Source: Craspedostauros australis
Taxonomy: Eukaryota
NCBI GenBank assembly: GCA_030167865.1
Contig: JALAGF010005801.1
Location: 1 to 52,648 of the forward strand
Direction of reading: 5' to 3'
DNA length: 52,648 nt
Under the pieces are notes generated by a model. It did no database searches and had not been told where the DNA came from. It saw only the letters and a list, made by a program, of their open reading frames with translations. The position numbers were made by a program, and so were the translations under genes. This document shows, in pieces, positions 22,163 to 32,900 of the stretch. Every line of letters starts with the position of its first letter. The stretch's first letter is position 1.

Positions 22163-23674
22163 ATGAACCGCAACATGGATGATGTCGCCAATACCAACAG
22201 TGACCATGATCCAGACTTCAAGACTTTCTGGAAACAACTCCATCGAAATAAGCTGTCACCGAAGACTGTGTTCAACGCGCAGTGCCCACCAGCAAAGCAG
22301 ATCGACTGCTACAGTGTTACACCCAAGCGGATGGAACACTGGGACATGGCCATCGAAGCAGGATTCACTTTTGATGACTTGGAATCGATGTTGACGCGGC
22401 ACAATGACGTTGCTTTATCACCTCGTGTTCTACTGAGCGGTTCGTTTCGCAGGGGCTGCAAGCGGATGCGCATTCGATCCCTGTATCTGGAATTTGGCAC
22501 CATTGGCCAATTCGAAGAAGAAGATAAGCAAGCGATTCGCTTCTTACTTCGATTGGCTGCCGAACACCCACCCAAATCTTCACCCTATAAAGGCATCCAA
22601 TTGAATAAGTCCTTCGTGGAGATGAAACAGCTCCACGATATCCCTCTTGTGACACATTGTGTGAATTTGGATTCATGTGATCTTGTTGATTGCGACAAGC
22701 TCATGTTCAACATCTCCCAAAACTCAAAATACGTTGTGTTCCGTGACTGCAAGCTCGCCAATGGGGGCGCTGATTTGTGCAGATGGCTGTCTCTAAACAA
22801 TTGCAGCATCACCCAAGTATACTTTTTCCGCACCCGTGTCACTTGCAATAGCTTGGCAAAGCTATTCCAGTCAAACAAGCGCATCAACAAGCTCCACATC
22901 AGTCTCTGTCAGGTCAACAGCGCCCAACATATCTATTCACGACAAGAAATCGACCAGATCATCCAACTCCTTTCAGATGCATCACACCTGAAGAAGCTCA
23001 GTGTTTCCAATCTTTGGAACGGGTTATCGCGACAAGAGCAGGATACATGGTTCGCCATTTTGGTATCACTCGTGGGAAACAAGGGCTTGTCATCTCTATG
23101 CTACTTCGACTTAATGAATGTCGCCATGTTTGAGGTTCTGCCCGATATCCTCTCGACACAAATGGAAGCACTTCAGCAAGCCTTGGGGCAGAATACCCAA
23201 CTCACCCATCTCCACATTTGTCCACGCCCGCCCAACGAACATGGCCGTGTGTACAAGGCACTTGTTCAACGTATCTTGTGGCGAAATTATCGCAACAAGG
23301 TGAGAGCAGGGCTGTGTTCCCTTCCAACATGGTCGCGGCCACAGGCCCTGTTTGGGGAGATGCTGATGAGAACAAACAAACGTTGGAATATATTGGGTGC
23401 AAAGGATCCCAAGAACGAAACCTTCCATCTTCTGTTGCAGGGCAGTGAGATGTTGAAGCAGGCAAGGCATGACAAGAGAGCGGGTCAGCTCGTTCAACTT
23501 GAGGAAGATCCCACTGCCCACGAGGAGAACCAGCAAAGACAAGACGTCGCCTGGAATAGATCAAAGCACTTCTGCCAGAGCATCGGAAGTGATAACGGAC
23601 TGGCCATACTCGCCAAAGCGACGAAGCTTCCACTCAACAGTTTGCAAAGCAAGGCGGAGTGCACCGATGATTGA
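22163..23674 (+). CDS. RNI-like LRR protein, array copy D (503 aa; unique C-terminal tail)
   Basis: Intact ORF collinear with A-C up to ~23500, followed by a non-homologous 3' end. Confidence 0.88.
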   Translation: MNRNMDDVANTNSDHDPDFKTFWKQLHRNKLSPKTVFNAQCPPAKQIDCYSVTPKRMEHWDMAIEAGFTFDDLESMLTRHNDVALSPRVLLSGSFRRGCKRMRIRSLYLEFGTIGQFEEEDKQAIRFLLRLAAEHPPKSSPYKGIQLNKSFVEMKQLHDIPLVTHCVNLDSCDLVDCDKLMFNISQNSKYVVFRDCKLANGGADLCRWLSLNNCSITQVYFFRTRVTCNSLAKLFQSNKRINKLHISLCQVNSAQHIYSRQEIDQIIQLLSDASHLKKLSVSNLWNGLSRQEQDTWFAILVSLVGNKGLSSLCYFDLMNVAMFEVLPDILSTQMEALQQALGQNTQLTHLHICPRPPNEHGRVYKALVQRILWRNYRNKVRAGLCSLPTWSRPQALFGEMLMRTNKRWNILGAKDPKNETFHLLLQGSEMLKQARHDKRAGQLVQLEEDPTAHEENQQRQDVAWNRSKHFCQSIGSDNGLAILAKATKLPLNSLQSKAECTDD

Positions 23675-24006
23675 GATAGTACGAATACGTTCGATGTCAC
23701 GCGTACAATAGGATACTGTGTAACCTTCTTCCAATTACTTGTTATGCGTTGGTCGAGGATGGGCGTACTCGATGCATCTGTACTCGTGCTCGTGGCACAG
23801 AATCAGGGAGATGGTTGGTTGATCAGTTGATTTATTGTGGGAATTCGCTTGTGATTGTGGTTGCGTGTTGTGGTTGGTGAGAAGTATGGAACGTCTAGAT
23901 CGTACGAGTATGGCTGGTCCATCAACAACAAGCGAAAGACGTCCACAGAACCTATCCGCACCACATCGCGATTTCATATCGCAATTTCACATCACTCCAC
24001 ACATTC

Positions 24007-24899
24007 TCAGACCCCTCGGCACGGCAGCATCCAAAAAGATCTTCTTCGCAACCCCCATCTTGTCCATGGTGAAGAAGGACACACATCCCGAAACTTGGCC
24101 AACGGTCCCGATGAGGCCTCCAGGTATCCCAGCAGACCAGCCTTGGCCGTGGTGGACGTGATGGTCATGATGCTCGTGGTGGCAGACCATCTCTTGTCCT
24201 TGTATTCTATCTGCAGGATGTCTTTGAGGCTGTTCTCACCATTGGCTTGTTCATCGTATTGCATATTGTATTGCCGAATGGCGTTGGCCAGACAGTAGAC
24301 GTCTTGGATGGCCTGATTGACGCCATGTCCAAGGAACGGTGGCATGGCGTGCGTCGTATCACCACAGACAGTCAGGATGGCGGCCTTATCCACATCTACG
24401 TCTTTGCAAGTGCTTCCATTGTAGTTGCAGTCGCGATTGCGATTTCAGTTGCGATTGCCGTTGGTGACCACCATCACCTTGGTCCATCTCGCAAAGGGTT
24501 TGTGGAAGTAGATCCCCAACTCGAAGAAACGAATGACGCTGTCGATGAGTCGATCGATGATGGGCCTGATGGTGTGGATGTGGATCTTGACATGGTTGAT
24601 CTGCTGTCGCATCTGTTGCTGGATGTGCTCGGCCTCGGATGATGCCTTCCAAGCGACGTTGTTGTCGTTGTTGCTGATGTTCTCGAAGGCATGCGCCAAG
24701 GAGAAACCGGCGATGCCACCACCGATGACTGCGATCTTCCGTGTTGGTTGGTGATTCTCATTCCCATTCCCACTCTCATTGCTTCTTCTGCTGCTTCACT
24801 TCTGTGTTGGAGTGAGGATGACGGGGACGATGACAGTGAGTTCGTTGCCACCATCATGCACGCGATGCAGATGGCACCAATCATCCTCTTTTGATGCAT
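24007..24899 (-). pseudogene. FAD-dependent monooxygenase pseudogene, copy D'
   Basis: Near-identical to C' over ~24280-24680. It has GDTTHAMPPFLGHG, an internal stop, frameshifts and the same internal deletion. Confidence 0.88.
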
Positions 24900-25796
24900 C
24901 AACCACGTCAATTTCATTGGTGCCAATGCTGCCATTGCTGTGATTCTTCTGGTTGTGGCTGTCTCTGTGGTTGGGCGATCAATGAGTGAGGAACCAAGTC
25001 AACCAGCCGGCATTGTTCGAAGTCTCTCTCCAGAAACAGAGAGAGAGAGTATTGGCATTCTCTGTGAATAGTAGATACTTGACGGCGACAGTGATCATCG
25101 TGCCAACACCACAGTTGTGACGATCTGTACCAGTATTCTGTAGCGGTGTTTGCAGCACCGCCCATCATCGTCATCACCACAACATGAATCGTGTGTTGCT
25201 CACGGGACTGATAGTTCATTCATTCGCGTGTTGTCGTTCATCAAACTTAACGGTAACAGTTATAAGTGCCGCTGAGATCGCCACAGTCATCCCAGTTTGA
25301 ATGTTTGGCAACTGTTCTGCGCTTTCAAACTTTCCATTTTCCCATTTCAAATCACAAAATTGCGTTGCGCATGCGTTCTGCAAACTGAGCATACTGCTCC
25401 CATCGTGATTTCGGTGTCATCATCATCCTTGCCATCGGTGTTGTCGTCGTTGTCATCGCCTGTGACAGCGACAGTGTCAGCACTTGTGGTTGCAGTCGCC
25501 TGACAACGTATTTGTGCTCTCTCTCTTTGGGCAATGCGGAGACTTTCAGCAAACTTCAACCTCGCTTCATTTCGCTTCCTTTCGCTTGGTGTGTGGTGTC
25601 AATGGATTTCGCCTCTTCGTTGTCGTCGTCTTCGATCGTCGCTTTGCCGCTTCCATCCATGCAGACAGGCAAGTTCCATCAACCAACTACCACCGTGACA
25701 GCCATAACTTGCAACCACAGTGGTAACAACAACAGAAACGACAGCAGTAACAACAAGCACTCACGTTCGCTGAACAATACATAGCGCACGAATACA

Positions 25797-28136
25797 ATGC
25801 AGAGCGACTATGCTGTCCTCACGTCCAACCAGGACAACCGCCTTTCCATCCACATGCGGTCGATGGTGGCAACCAGCAATGCTCGTATCTCGCAGATGCC
25901 GCGGACTGTGACTCCTAAAGCTTGTCTGCATCTTCCGCGTTCCTCGATAATAGCTTCGATGGCTGCCCAAGCAAACGTTCCGCAGACCATCACCGTCCAC
26001 AACCCATCTCAACAGGAGGAGGCATCGTCGTCTCACCCACGCATAGGTGACACAAGCACAAGGGCAAAAGAAGATGAAGCGACCCCCGGACGCAACTTCT
26101 ACACGAAAGCTATGGGACAGGATGAGCTCCTTCACCACGGCGATGACCCCAGCATCTATTACGTCTCCTCCTGTGATTCCGATGATAGCGACAGCGACAG
26201 CCACGATGGCAGCTACAACATGGAATACAGCCACACTCACAGCAACAGCATGCTCAATAGCATCAACAGGAACGTTGGTGTCGACGTTAAAAACAACGTG
26301 AATGGCAATGTCGCGGGAGTCCCATCCCTCGTTGCCATCACGCAACCGGCAATCCACAACATCAGTCCCATGAAGCCCACCATGCTGCACAAGATATTCA
26401 CACATCAGATTCAACCAACCTCGACTGAATCGCCTATTAACTTCGCGTTGAGGTCGCACGAAACGAGGGCTGGAAATGCGAATGACGCAAACGCTGTTCA
26501 CGAAGATCGAGAACGCAGCAGCCGCAATGACGGCAGCAATGACATGGAGATCGCAAGGAAAGTGATGCGCAACGACCACAGCGCTCTCGCAATTGCTTCC
26601 GGCACTGCCGCAACCCGTCACAGCCACATCTCTCACGATGCGACGTCATTAGCAAGCGAGAAGACCGTGAAACAAGGCTGCGTTCAGAGACCGAGTTCGA
26701 AACAACCCAGCATGGCCACGTTCAAGCATGCATACAATCCGCATCCTTGCGGTCTCGTCAGCCTCAGCCGTCTCTGCGCATCACCCAGCAACTGCGTCGC
26801 GGGTTGTCCAGGGCTGACTGCTGCCGCACCTTCACCAACTGCGACGCCACAGTTGCGCCCTGTCCGAATGACCCGCACTTCGTGGGAGCGAGAACATGAG
26901 CAGCACAGCCGCTTCGACTTCCTGAGACCGTGGTTGCGAGGCCACAGCGCAATCAAAATCACGTTGCATATCGACGAGTACAACGCCGAGTTCTTCCACA
27001 TGGTGATGACGCGACTGCGAAACTGCGATGATCTGAGATGCATCGAGATCATTCGAACGTGGCATCAGGGAGAACGCAGGACGCTTCGGACGAAAACAGA
27101 GCTGCGCGACGCATTCCACGCCATCCGTCAGCTGGCATCCATCGAGATGCTGACGGTGTGGAACTTCACGCAGGCCGATCTGGCAAGTCTCCTGATTGGT
27201 CCCTCCTCCAGTACTGACATGAGGACGTTGCCGTTCCTGCGCGATCTGTCCCTTCATCTTTCCATCGGGACGCTGGATGATCCCGCCTTGCTGCACCGGC
27301 TGTCCACGTATCCCAAGCTGCATCGCCTGAACATCCAGGTGAAGGCAAGCTTCGCCGTTCACAAAGTTGCTCGCATCGCCACGTTGAGGAGTTTGAAGGT
27401 CTCCTCGCGCAGCTTCGTGTTCGAGGAAGAGCACGTGATGGCGTTGGCACAGTGCGTGTTGACAGACCTGCGCAAACGGCGCAGCAGACTGACGCTTCTG
27501 GATCTGGAGCCGATGATGAATGCCAGATCCCTTCAGGCTTTGGCAGCGACCCTGGCGAAGAGCGACATCTTGGAGACGTTTCTGTTCTCGTTCGGCGGCA
27601 GACAGGCAGGCACGGACGCTGCCATGACGACGATCGGTGACTGGATCGCCTCATCTCGGACGTTGCGACGCATCCTGAACAAGACGTACTTCCTGGTCGG
27701 CATCTTGGCTTCCACCAAGTCGCATCTGATTGAGACCATGCGGTCCAACCCCACCTTGGAGCGCGGCAGGATCGTGAACGACCCTGAGGCCTGCGTGAAT
27801 GATGCGACGGAGAGCGATGATGAGAGTGAAGGCGTGGTTGAGGTGGAACATGAGATCATAGCGCATCGCCAGGACGGTGAAGGTGAGCGCCGATCAAGCC
27901 ATTCGAATCCGCCCCTGCGTAAGACGAGATCAGGCAGCAGCAGAAAGAGCAGTCCCTCGAGCGTGATGGAAATCGACTTGGACAAGAACGAGAGCAACAT
28001 CTTCCAGGATGCCGTCTCTTCCTCAACGCACATGCTGCGCTCTCTCGTGACCTGCACCTGGGGCATGGATGAGAGCGGTGATGGCCAGCGGACCAACTCC
28101 ATGCACTACAGAAGCGTCCGCCGTGCCACGCAATAG
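25797..28136 (+). CDS. RNI-like LRR protein with long disordered N-terminus (779 aa)
   Basis: Long ORF with LRR-type strands LRCIEI, IEMLTVWN, LRDLSLHL, LHRLNIQV, LRSLKVSS, LTLLDLEP and LETFLFSF, separated by helices such as EEHVMALAQCV and RSLQALAATL. Confidence 0.85.
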   Translation: MQSDYAVLTSNQDNRLSIHMRSMVATSNARISQMPRTVTPKACLHLPRSSIIASMAAQANVPQTITVHNPSQQEEASSSHPRIGDTSTRAKEDEATPGRNFYTKAMGQDELLHHGDDPSIYYVSSCDSDDSDSDSHDGSYNMEYSHTHSNSMLNSINRNVGVDVKNNVNGNVAGVPSLVAITQPAIHNISPMKPTMLHKIFTHQIQPTSTESPINFALRSHETRAGNANDANAVHEDRERSSRNDGSNDMEIARKVMRNDHSALAIASGTAATRHSHISHDATSLASEKTVKQGCVQRPSSKQPSMATFKHAYNPHPCGLVSLSRLCASPSNCVAGCPGLTAAAPSPTATPQLRPVRMTRTSWEREHEQHSRFDFLRPWLRGHSAIKITLHIDEYNAEFFHMVMTRLRNCDDLRCIEIIRTWHQGERRTLRTKTELRDAFHAIRQLASIEMLTVWNFTQADLASLLIGPSSSTDMRTLPFLRDLSLHLSIGTLDDPALLHRLSTYPKLHRLNIQVKASFAVHKVARIATLRSLKVSSRSFVFEEEHVMALAQCVLTDLRKRRSRLTLLDLEPMMNARSLQALAATLAKSDILETFLFSFGGRQAGTDAAMTTIGDWIASSRTLRRILNKTYFLVGILASTKSHLIETMRSNPTLERGRIVNDPEACVNDATESDDESEGVVEVEHEIIAHRQDGEGERRSSHSNPPLRKTRSGSSRKSSPSSVMEIDLDKNESNIFQDAVSSSTHMLRSLVTCTWGMDESGDGQRTNSMHYRSVRRATQ

Positions 28137-28565
28137 GATGCATAATATTATTATTCTTATATAATAGTGTTACGTTTCACATCGTCATTCATGTGATAAT
28201 GCAGGAAGCACACGTTGATGCCATTCCATCTTGTTGTCGATCGTCCCATACCGATACGTTCGAGTGATGGCAGAGTTCGGTGAAGTTGGCTGACGACAGT
28301 CAAGAACAGATGACGTTGGTGTTGTTGAAACACGGATTGAATCCCGTGTTGACCCACGATCGTGTGAAGTATCCGTGACAGAACATCGCGGAAGCAAAAC
28401 GACCGAGAAAGAAGATTCTGGTTGCGAATCGTGAATTCTTGATGACGATGATGATGATGGGCGCAATTGCATTCTCCCCACTCTTCTGCTTTCCTCTATT
28501 CCATTATAATCTGTTCTGTTATATTATACTCTGTTTGAACGCTCTCCAGAAGCACAAGACAGTGA

Positions 28566-29612
28566 ATGGGAAGCAGCAGCATGGCAGACGATGACGACAA
28601 GCCCAAGGCGCACGCATTCTTGGACTCCATGACCTTCGCAGGAGGGCCTTCCTCGCGACACGGCATGCCCTCATGCGAATGCGACGAATGCGACTACTAC
28701 GTTCTCAAGCGAGGCCAGCCCTCCGACGGCTCTCAGCATCTGCGGTCGCTGGATGTGCCGCAGTACGTGCTGGACACGCTGCAGAAGCACAAGCGGCAGC
28801 GACTGGAGACGCTGCCTCTGAAGCGCACGCAGCACCGCGTTCTGCTGCATCGATCGCGCAAGCTGGCGGTGTGGAGCTGGACGCTGCCGCTGCATGCGGA
28901 GCCTTTCATCGAGTTTGGCTCCGGCCATCGTCTCGTGTGGATCGAGCATGTGCCGCCGGGTGCGGCGATCCAGCGCATAGGGACGGGCATCATCGGCTCG
29001 GAGCATGAGGAGAAGGGGCGCTGCGTGCTGCAGGAATGGCAGCAGGGGACGGTGCACTTTATTGCGTCCAATGGTGGCAAGGCCGTCGGCTTTGTTCATG
29101 TGCGTTCGAAGCACCACCACGAGTTCGCGAATACTACCACTGGTGCTAGCGCGAGTGCCAGCAACGGCGCTAAGATGCAAGAGGAGAAAGAGGACAGTGT
29201 CCTCGTTGAGCAAGGGACCTCAAAGGTGTCATCGTCTACAGGTGTCGCCACCGAAAACGACACCAACAATCGTGACATGGGAAGCAAAGGACATGTCCTT
29301 TTGCGCATCATCAAGGTGCCAACAGAATTCGTGGATGAGGCCCCAGTATCAAGCAAGACGACTGGGCCGGTCGTGAAGAGTACTACGACTAGCAGCCTGG
29401 ATGATCCCGAATGGATCGATGCCTTCAGGATGCTGGTCAAGACGTACTCTCAATCTTGTACATCGCAAAGTCTTCACGAAGGTCACTCCAACAAAGATGG
29501 CAGCACCAGGAAGAACAAGAGCCAGCCCGCGTTTGCATCAGTGCCACTGTCCAAACAGCATGCGGACACCATCATCCGAGACTTGGGCCGTCTCCCATCG
29601 ACTCTGACATGA
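28566..29612 (+). CDS. Hypothetical protein (348 aa)
   Basis: ATG-to-TGA ORF with GC-rich coding-like codon usage between AT-richer flanks. It converges on the TPR gene. No family recognised. Confidence 0.75.
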   Translation: MGSSSMADDDDKPKAHAFLDSMTFAGGPSSRHGMPSCECDECDYYVLKRGQPSDGSQHLRSLDVPQYVLDTLQKHKRQRLETLPLKRTQHRVLLHRSRKLAVWSWTLPLHAEPFIEFGSGHRLVWIEHVPPGAAIQRIGTGIIGSEHEEKGRCVLQEWQQGTVHFIASNGGKAVGFVHVRSKHHHEFANTTTGASASASNGAKMQEEKEDSVLVEQGTSKVSSSTGVATENDTNNRDMGSKGHVLLRIIKVPTEFVDEAPVSSKTTGPVVKSTTTSSLDDPEWIDAFRMLVKTYSQSCTSQSLHEGHSNKDGSTRKNKSQPAFASVPLSKQHADTIIRDLGRLPSTLT

Positions 29613-29950
29613 ACAGCGGTTCGTATCCATCCTGTTCTGTCGGCAGGAACATACTGGTTGTCGTCAACACGTCTTAGTCTATTTGTTATATTCATCATAT
29701 ATTGTATAATAATATGTTGTAGCGTGGTGTCGACAATCTATGGTGTCGCACTTCTCGTAGCGTATTGTGCGATAGGAACGCAGACTAGTGCGTACGCGCG
29801 TGGTACAGAGCATCATAGAGCAGACGAATAGGGTCAGGAAGCATGGTGTAGCATCGTCCTCATCTCCACTATGTTCGGCTCTGCTCCACCCAACTCGACT
29901 CCACCATTCCCTTTGTTGTTGCTGTTGCTGCTGCTGTTGCTGTTGTTTTT

Positions 29951-32900
29951 CTAGCAGCTGCGTTCGTCGCTTTCTTGATGACTGCGCGAGGAGTTGCGAG
30001 AATGCCGCTCCTCCATGTGCCGTTGCTCGCGTTCCTTCATCCAGTACCTCAGGTGCTCGATCGTGGTGCGGGCGGCGATGGTGTCTGAGTGATCCTCGCC
30101 GCGGATGCGTCTGTAGATGGACAGGGCGTGGCGGTACTGACGCTCGGCGTCGGCCAGGTCGCCCAGCTTGTAGTGGATGTTGCCAAGGTTCTTGTACGCG
30201 CTGGCCACGTCGGCGTGGCAGGTACCGTGCACGGCGCACTTGATGCTCAGCACGTCGCGGAACACGTCGTACGCCTCCACGTAGTGGCCCTGCTTCGTCA
30301 GGATGGTGCCGATGCTGCGCAGGATGGGCGCCACGTCGGGATGGTGCAGCCCGTACGCGTCGCGGTTCAGACGCAAGGCTTCGCGGTAGAACATCATGGC
30401 GGAGTCCAGGTTGCGCTTCTTGTAGTGGATGGTGCCCACCATCACAAGCGTCCCCGCGACGGCAGGGTTGCCAGGTCCCAGCGTCGCGTGGTAGATGCGG
30501 ATGCCCTCCTGGTAGCACGCCATGGCCTCGTCGTAGTCACCTCGCTTGCTGTAGATCGCGCCGATGTAGTGCAGGATGCCCGCCACCTCCGGGTGGTTGG
30601 TGGTACCGCGGTTGCGGACGGTCAGATCGTACGCCTCGCGGTAGTGGGACATGGCCTGATCCAGATCCAGCTTCTTCATGTGGATGTTGGCGATGCGGGT
30701 CAGGACGGAGGCCGTAGTCTCCCTGCCGACCGAGGTCTTGTGAAGGCCCGACGATCGCAGGATCGACATGGCCTCCTGGAAGAACCTCATCGCCGTGTCC
30801 AGGTCACCCTTCTTCGCGTGCACCATGCCGATGATCTTCAGAGTCGAAGTAACGTCCCTCAGCGCGTACGTGACCGGCTTACGGTGTTCGCGGCGCCCGC
30901 CACTTTCGTCGTGCATGGCGCTGCCGTCGTGATCCTGGCTGGTGAAGGCATCCTGCTGATGCTGGTGCTGGCGGTGCTCGTGGACGGACTTGTAGATGCT
31001 CAACGCCTCCATGTAGTGCGACAGCGCAGCATCGAGCTCGCCGACGCGGTTCTTCACGTTGCCCATGCAGGAGATGGCGCTGGCCACATCGCGGTTCATC
31101 TGGTCGTTGCCGGACACGGCGAGGTAGATCTCCTTCGCCTTCTCGAAGTGCTCCATGGCATCCTCGTATTCACCTCTCTCCGCCATCACAGTGCCGATGT
31201 TCTTGCTGGTGCCGGCAACGTACACATGATTCTCCCCGAAGGTTCGTTGGTATATCACCTTGGCACGCTTGTACATTTCCAATTCCTTCACGCGGTCGCC
31301 GAGCTTGTAGTAGATGCTGCCCATGCAGATGAGGACTGTGGCGATGTCAGATACGACCTTCTCTCTGTGCTGCTGCTGCTCCTTGCTGGATGCGTCGTCC
31401 TTGTCTCCGCTGGCAGTTGTTGAGCCGTTTCTGTTCACTTCCGAAGCGGAAGGCGCTGTGTCACCACCCATCTCTGACGATCCTCCCTCCAACAATTGTT
31501 GAGCTGCAACGTTGGTGGTGACACGACCAGACAGCGATCGCTTGTGTCTCTTGGTTGTACTTGTACTTGTGTTTGTACTTGCGCTTGTGCTTTTACCTGT
31601 GCTTGTGCTGCCATCGGCAAGTGTTTCTGAAGCATTGGCGTTGACATAGCCATTGACGACATCGCCGCCATGGTCGTTGTCACCCGTCAAGATGGGAAAG
31701 TGATGAGTCATGTCCATATCCATGTCCATATCCATGGCCTGCTTTCGGATCATATCGTGGCCGCCAGCATTCATGTTGGAGTCTTCCTCTTCGTTGTATA
31801 ACCGCAGGATGTGATGGTACACCTCAAGCGCGAGCTCCAGCGCTGCCGCGTTCGAGGTGGTCTGTGGTGCCTTGCTGACTGATGACGAGATGTCGGCCAG
31901 GGAGCACTTGAGTTGATCATTGAGCGTGCGTGATTTGGTCTCCACAATGAGATCGGCCCGCAGGTTGAGCGAGTTGATGTACTCCCTGTGCTCGTCCACG
32001 CGCGGGCTGTGGGTGGTATCAAGAAGTCGCGCGTACTGCGCAAGAGCCTCCTGCAGCTCATGGATTCTGCCTGGCTCAGCATCGGCCGCTAGCTTTGAAG
32101 CTGATGAGGTGGACCTCTTGAAGCCCTCGCCGTCGACCATGATGCCGCTGGAAGCGGAGGACGAGGTGCACCCCTTCCGTCTCTTGTTGCTCATGCCACG
32201 GCCACTATTGTGCGACGCGCTTCCCAAAGCCCGGCTCGACGTTCGCCGCCGCGGGCTGGATTGGGTTGGATCGTCTTGGTCTTCACCTGCTGCGTCCCCC
32301 CTCGCATGGCGAACCCCGTTGACGCTGTCCCTATCCCTGCTCACTGGCGATGCGACACCAGATGGCGATGACAATGCCGATGACGATGATACCTTGGCCC
32401 CCTGATTGCGGAATGAGATGCTCTGAAACAGGTCGTCCAACGCCTTGACATCCTCGCTGATCTCGCTCATCAGCGTCGAGGTCTCGTCAGCGCTGATGGT
32501 GCTCGATCGTTGGTTGCTGTTCGGCGCAAACGCATGATCTCTGTTGTTTCGATGTTGGTGATTCGAAGCCGCGTTGGGCGAGGACATGGCACCCGCCCAG
32601 GCTTCGTCCCCAGCCTCTCCCGCCAGCAGCGATGCCGGTCGTTTCTGCGCCCGCAGGCTGGTGACTTCCGAGAAGTAGCGCATCGCCTCGTCTTGCTCCC
32701 CGCGAAGCGAATGCACGTTCCCCATGTTCCTCAAGGTGAGGACGATCTGATCGATCGTGTGATCGTGCGCCCCGGACAGGTTGCTCCCGTCGTCGTCGGA
32801 GAACAGCGAGATGGTGTCGTTTCCGAAGAAGGATCCCGAATGGGCGCTGGAAGGGCTGCACCCCAGGGCCTCCCTCGGCGTCGTGCCCGGCGAAGGCAGG

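Larger units (their letters stand above)
9759..25227. repeat. Tandem segmental array: four units (3584, 4219, 3590, 3754 bp) plus a short partial fifth
   Basis: The anchor gttgtga(c/t)gatctgt..cagtattctg recurs at 9967, 13551, 17770, 21360 and 25114. Each unit is a ~0.7-0.8 kb upstream block, an LRR gene (+), a monooxygenase relic (-) and a GA-rich spacer. Homology begins at tacttgatggca (9759) and ends at cattcattcgc (25227). Confidence 0.97.

Noticed and set aside
10780..23674. Diversity-generating retroelement as the cause of LRR variability
   Set aside because: There is no reverse transcriptase or template repeat in the window, and differences are not confined to adenines (e.g. TCT/CGT, TGG/TGC, TTC/TCC).
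9759..25227. Array as an artefact of allelic haplotypes assembled in tandem
   Set aside because: There are four distinct units with private indels and substantial divergence and no N gaps between them, which exceeds two alleles. Exact copy number still needs long reads.
30089..31423. 444-aa plus-strand ORF
   Set aside because: It is the antisense shadow of the GC-rich TPR gene and has no independent motif.
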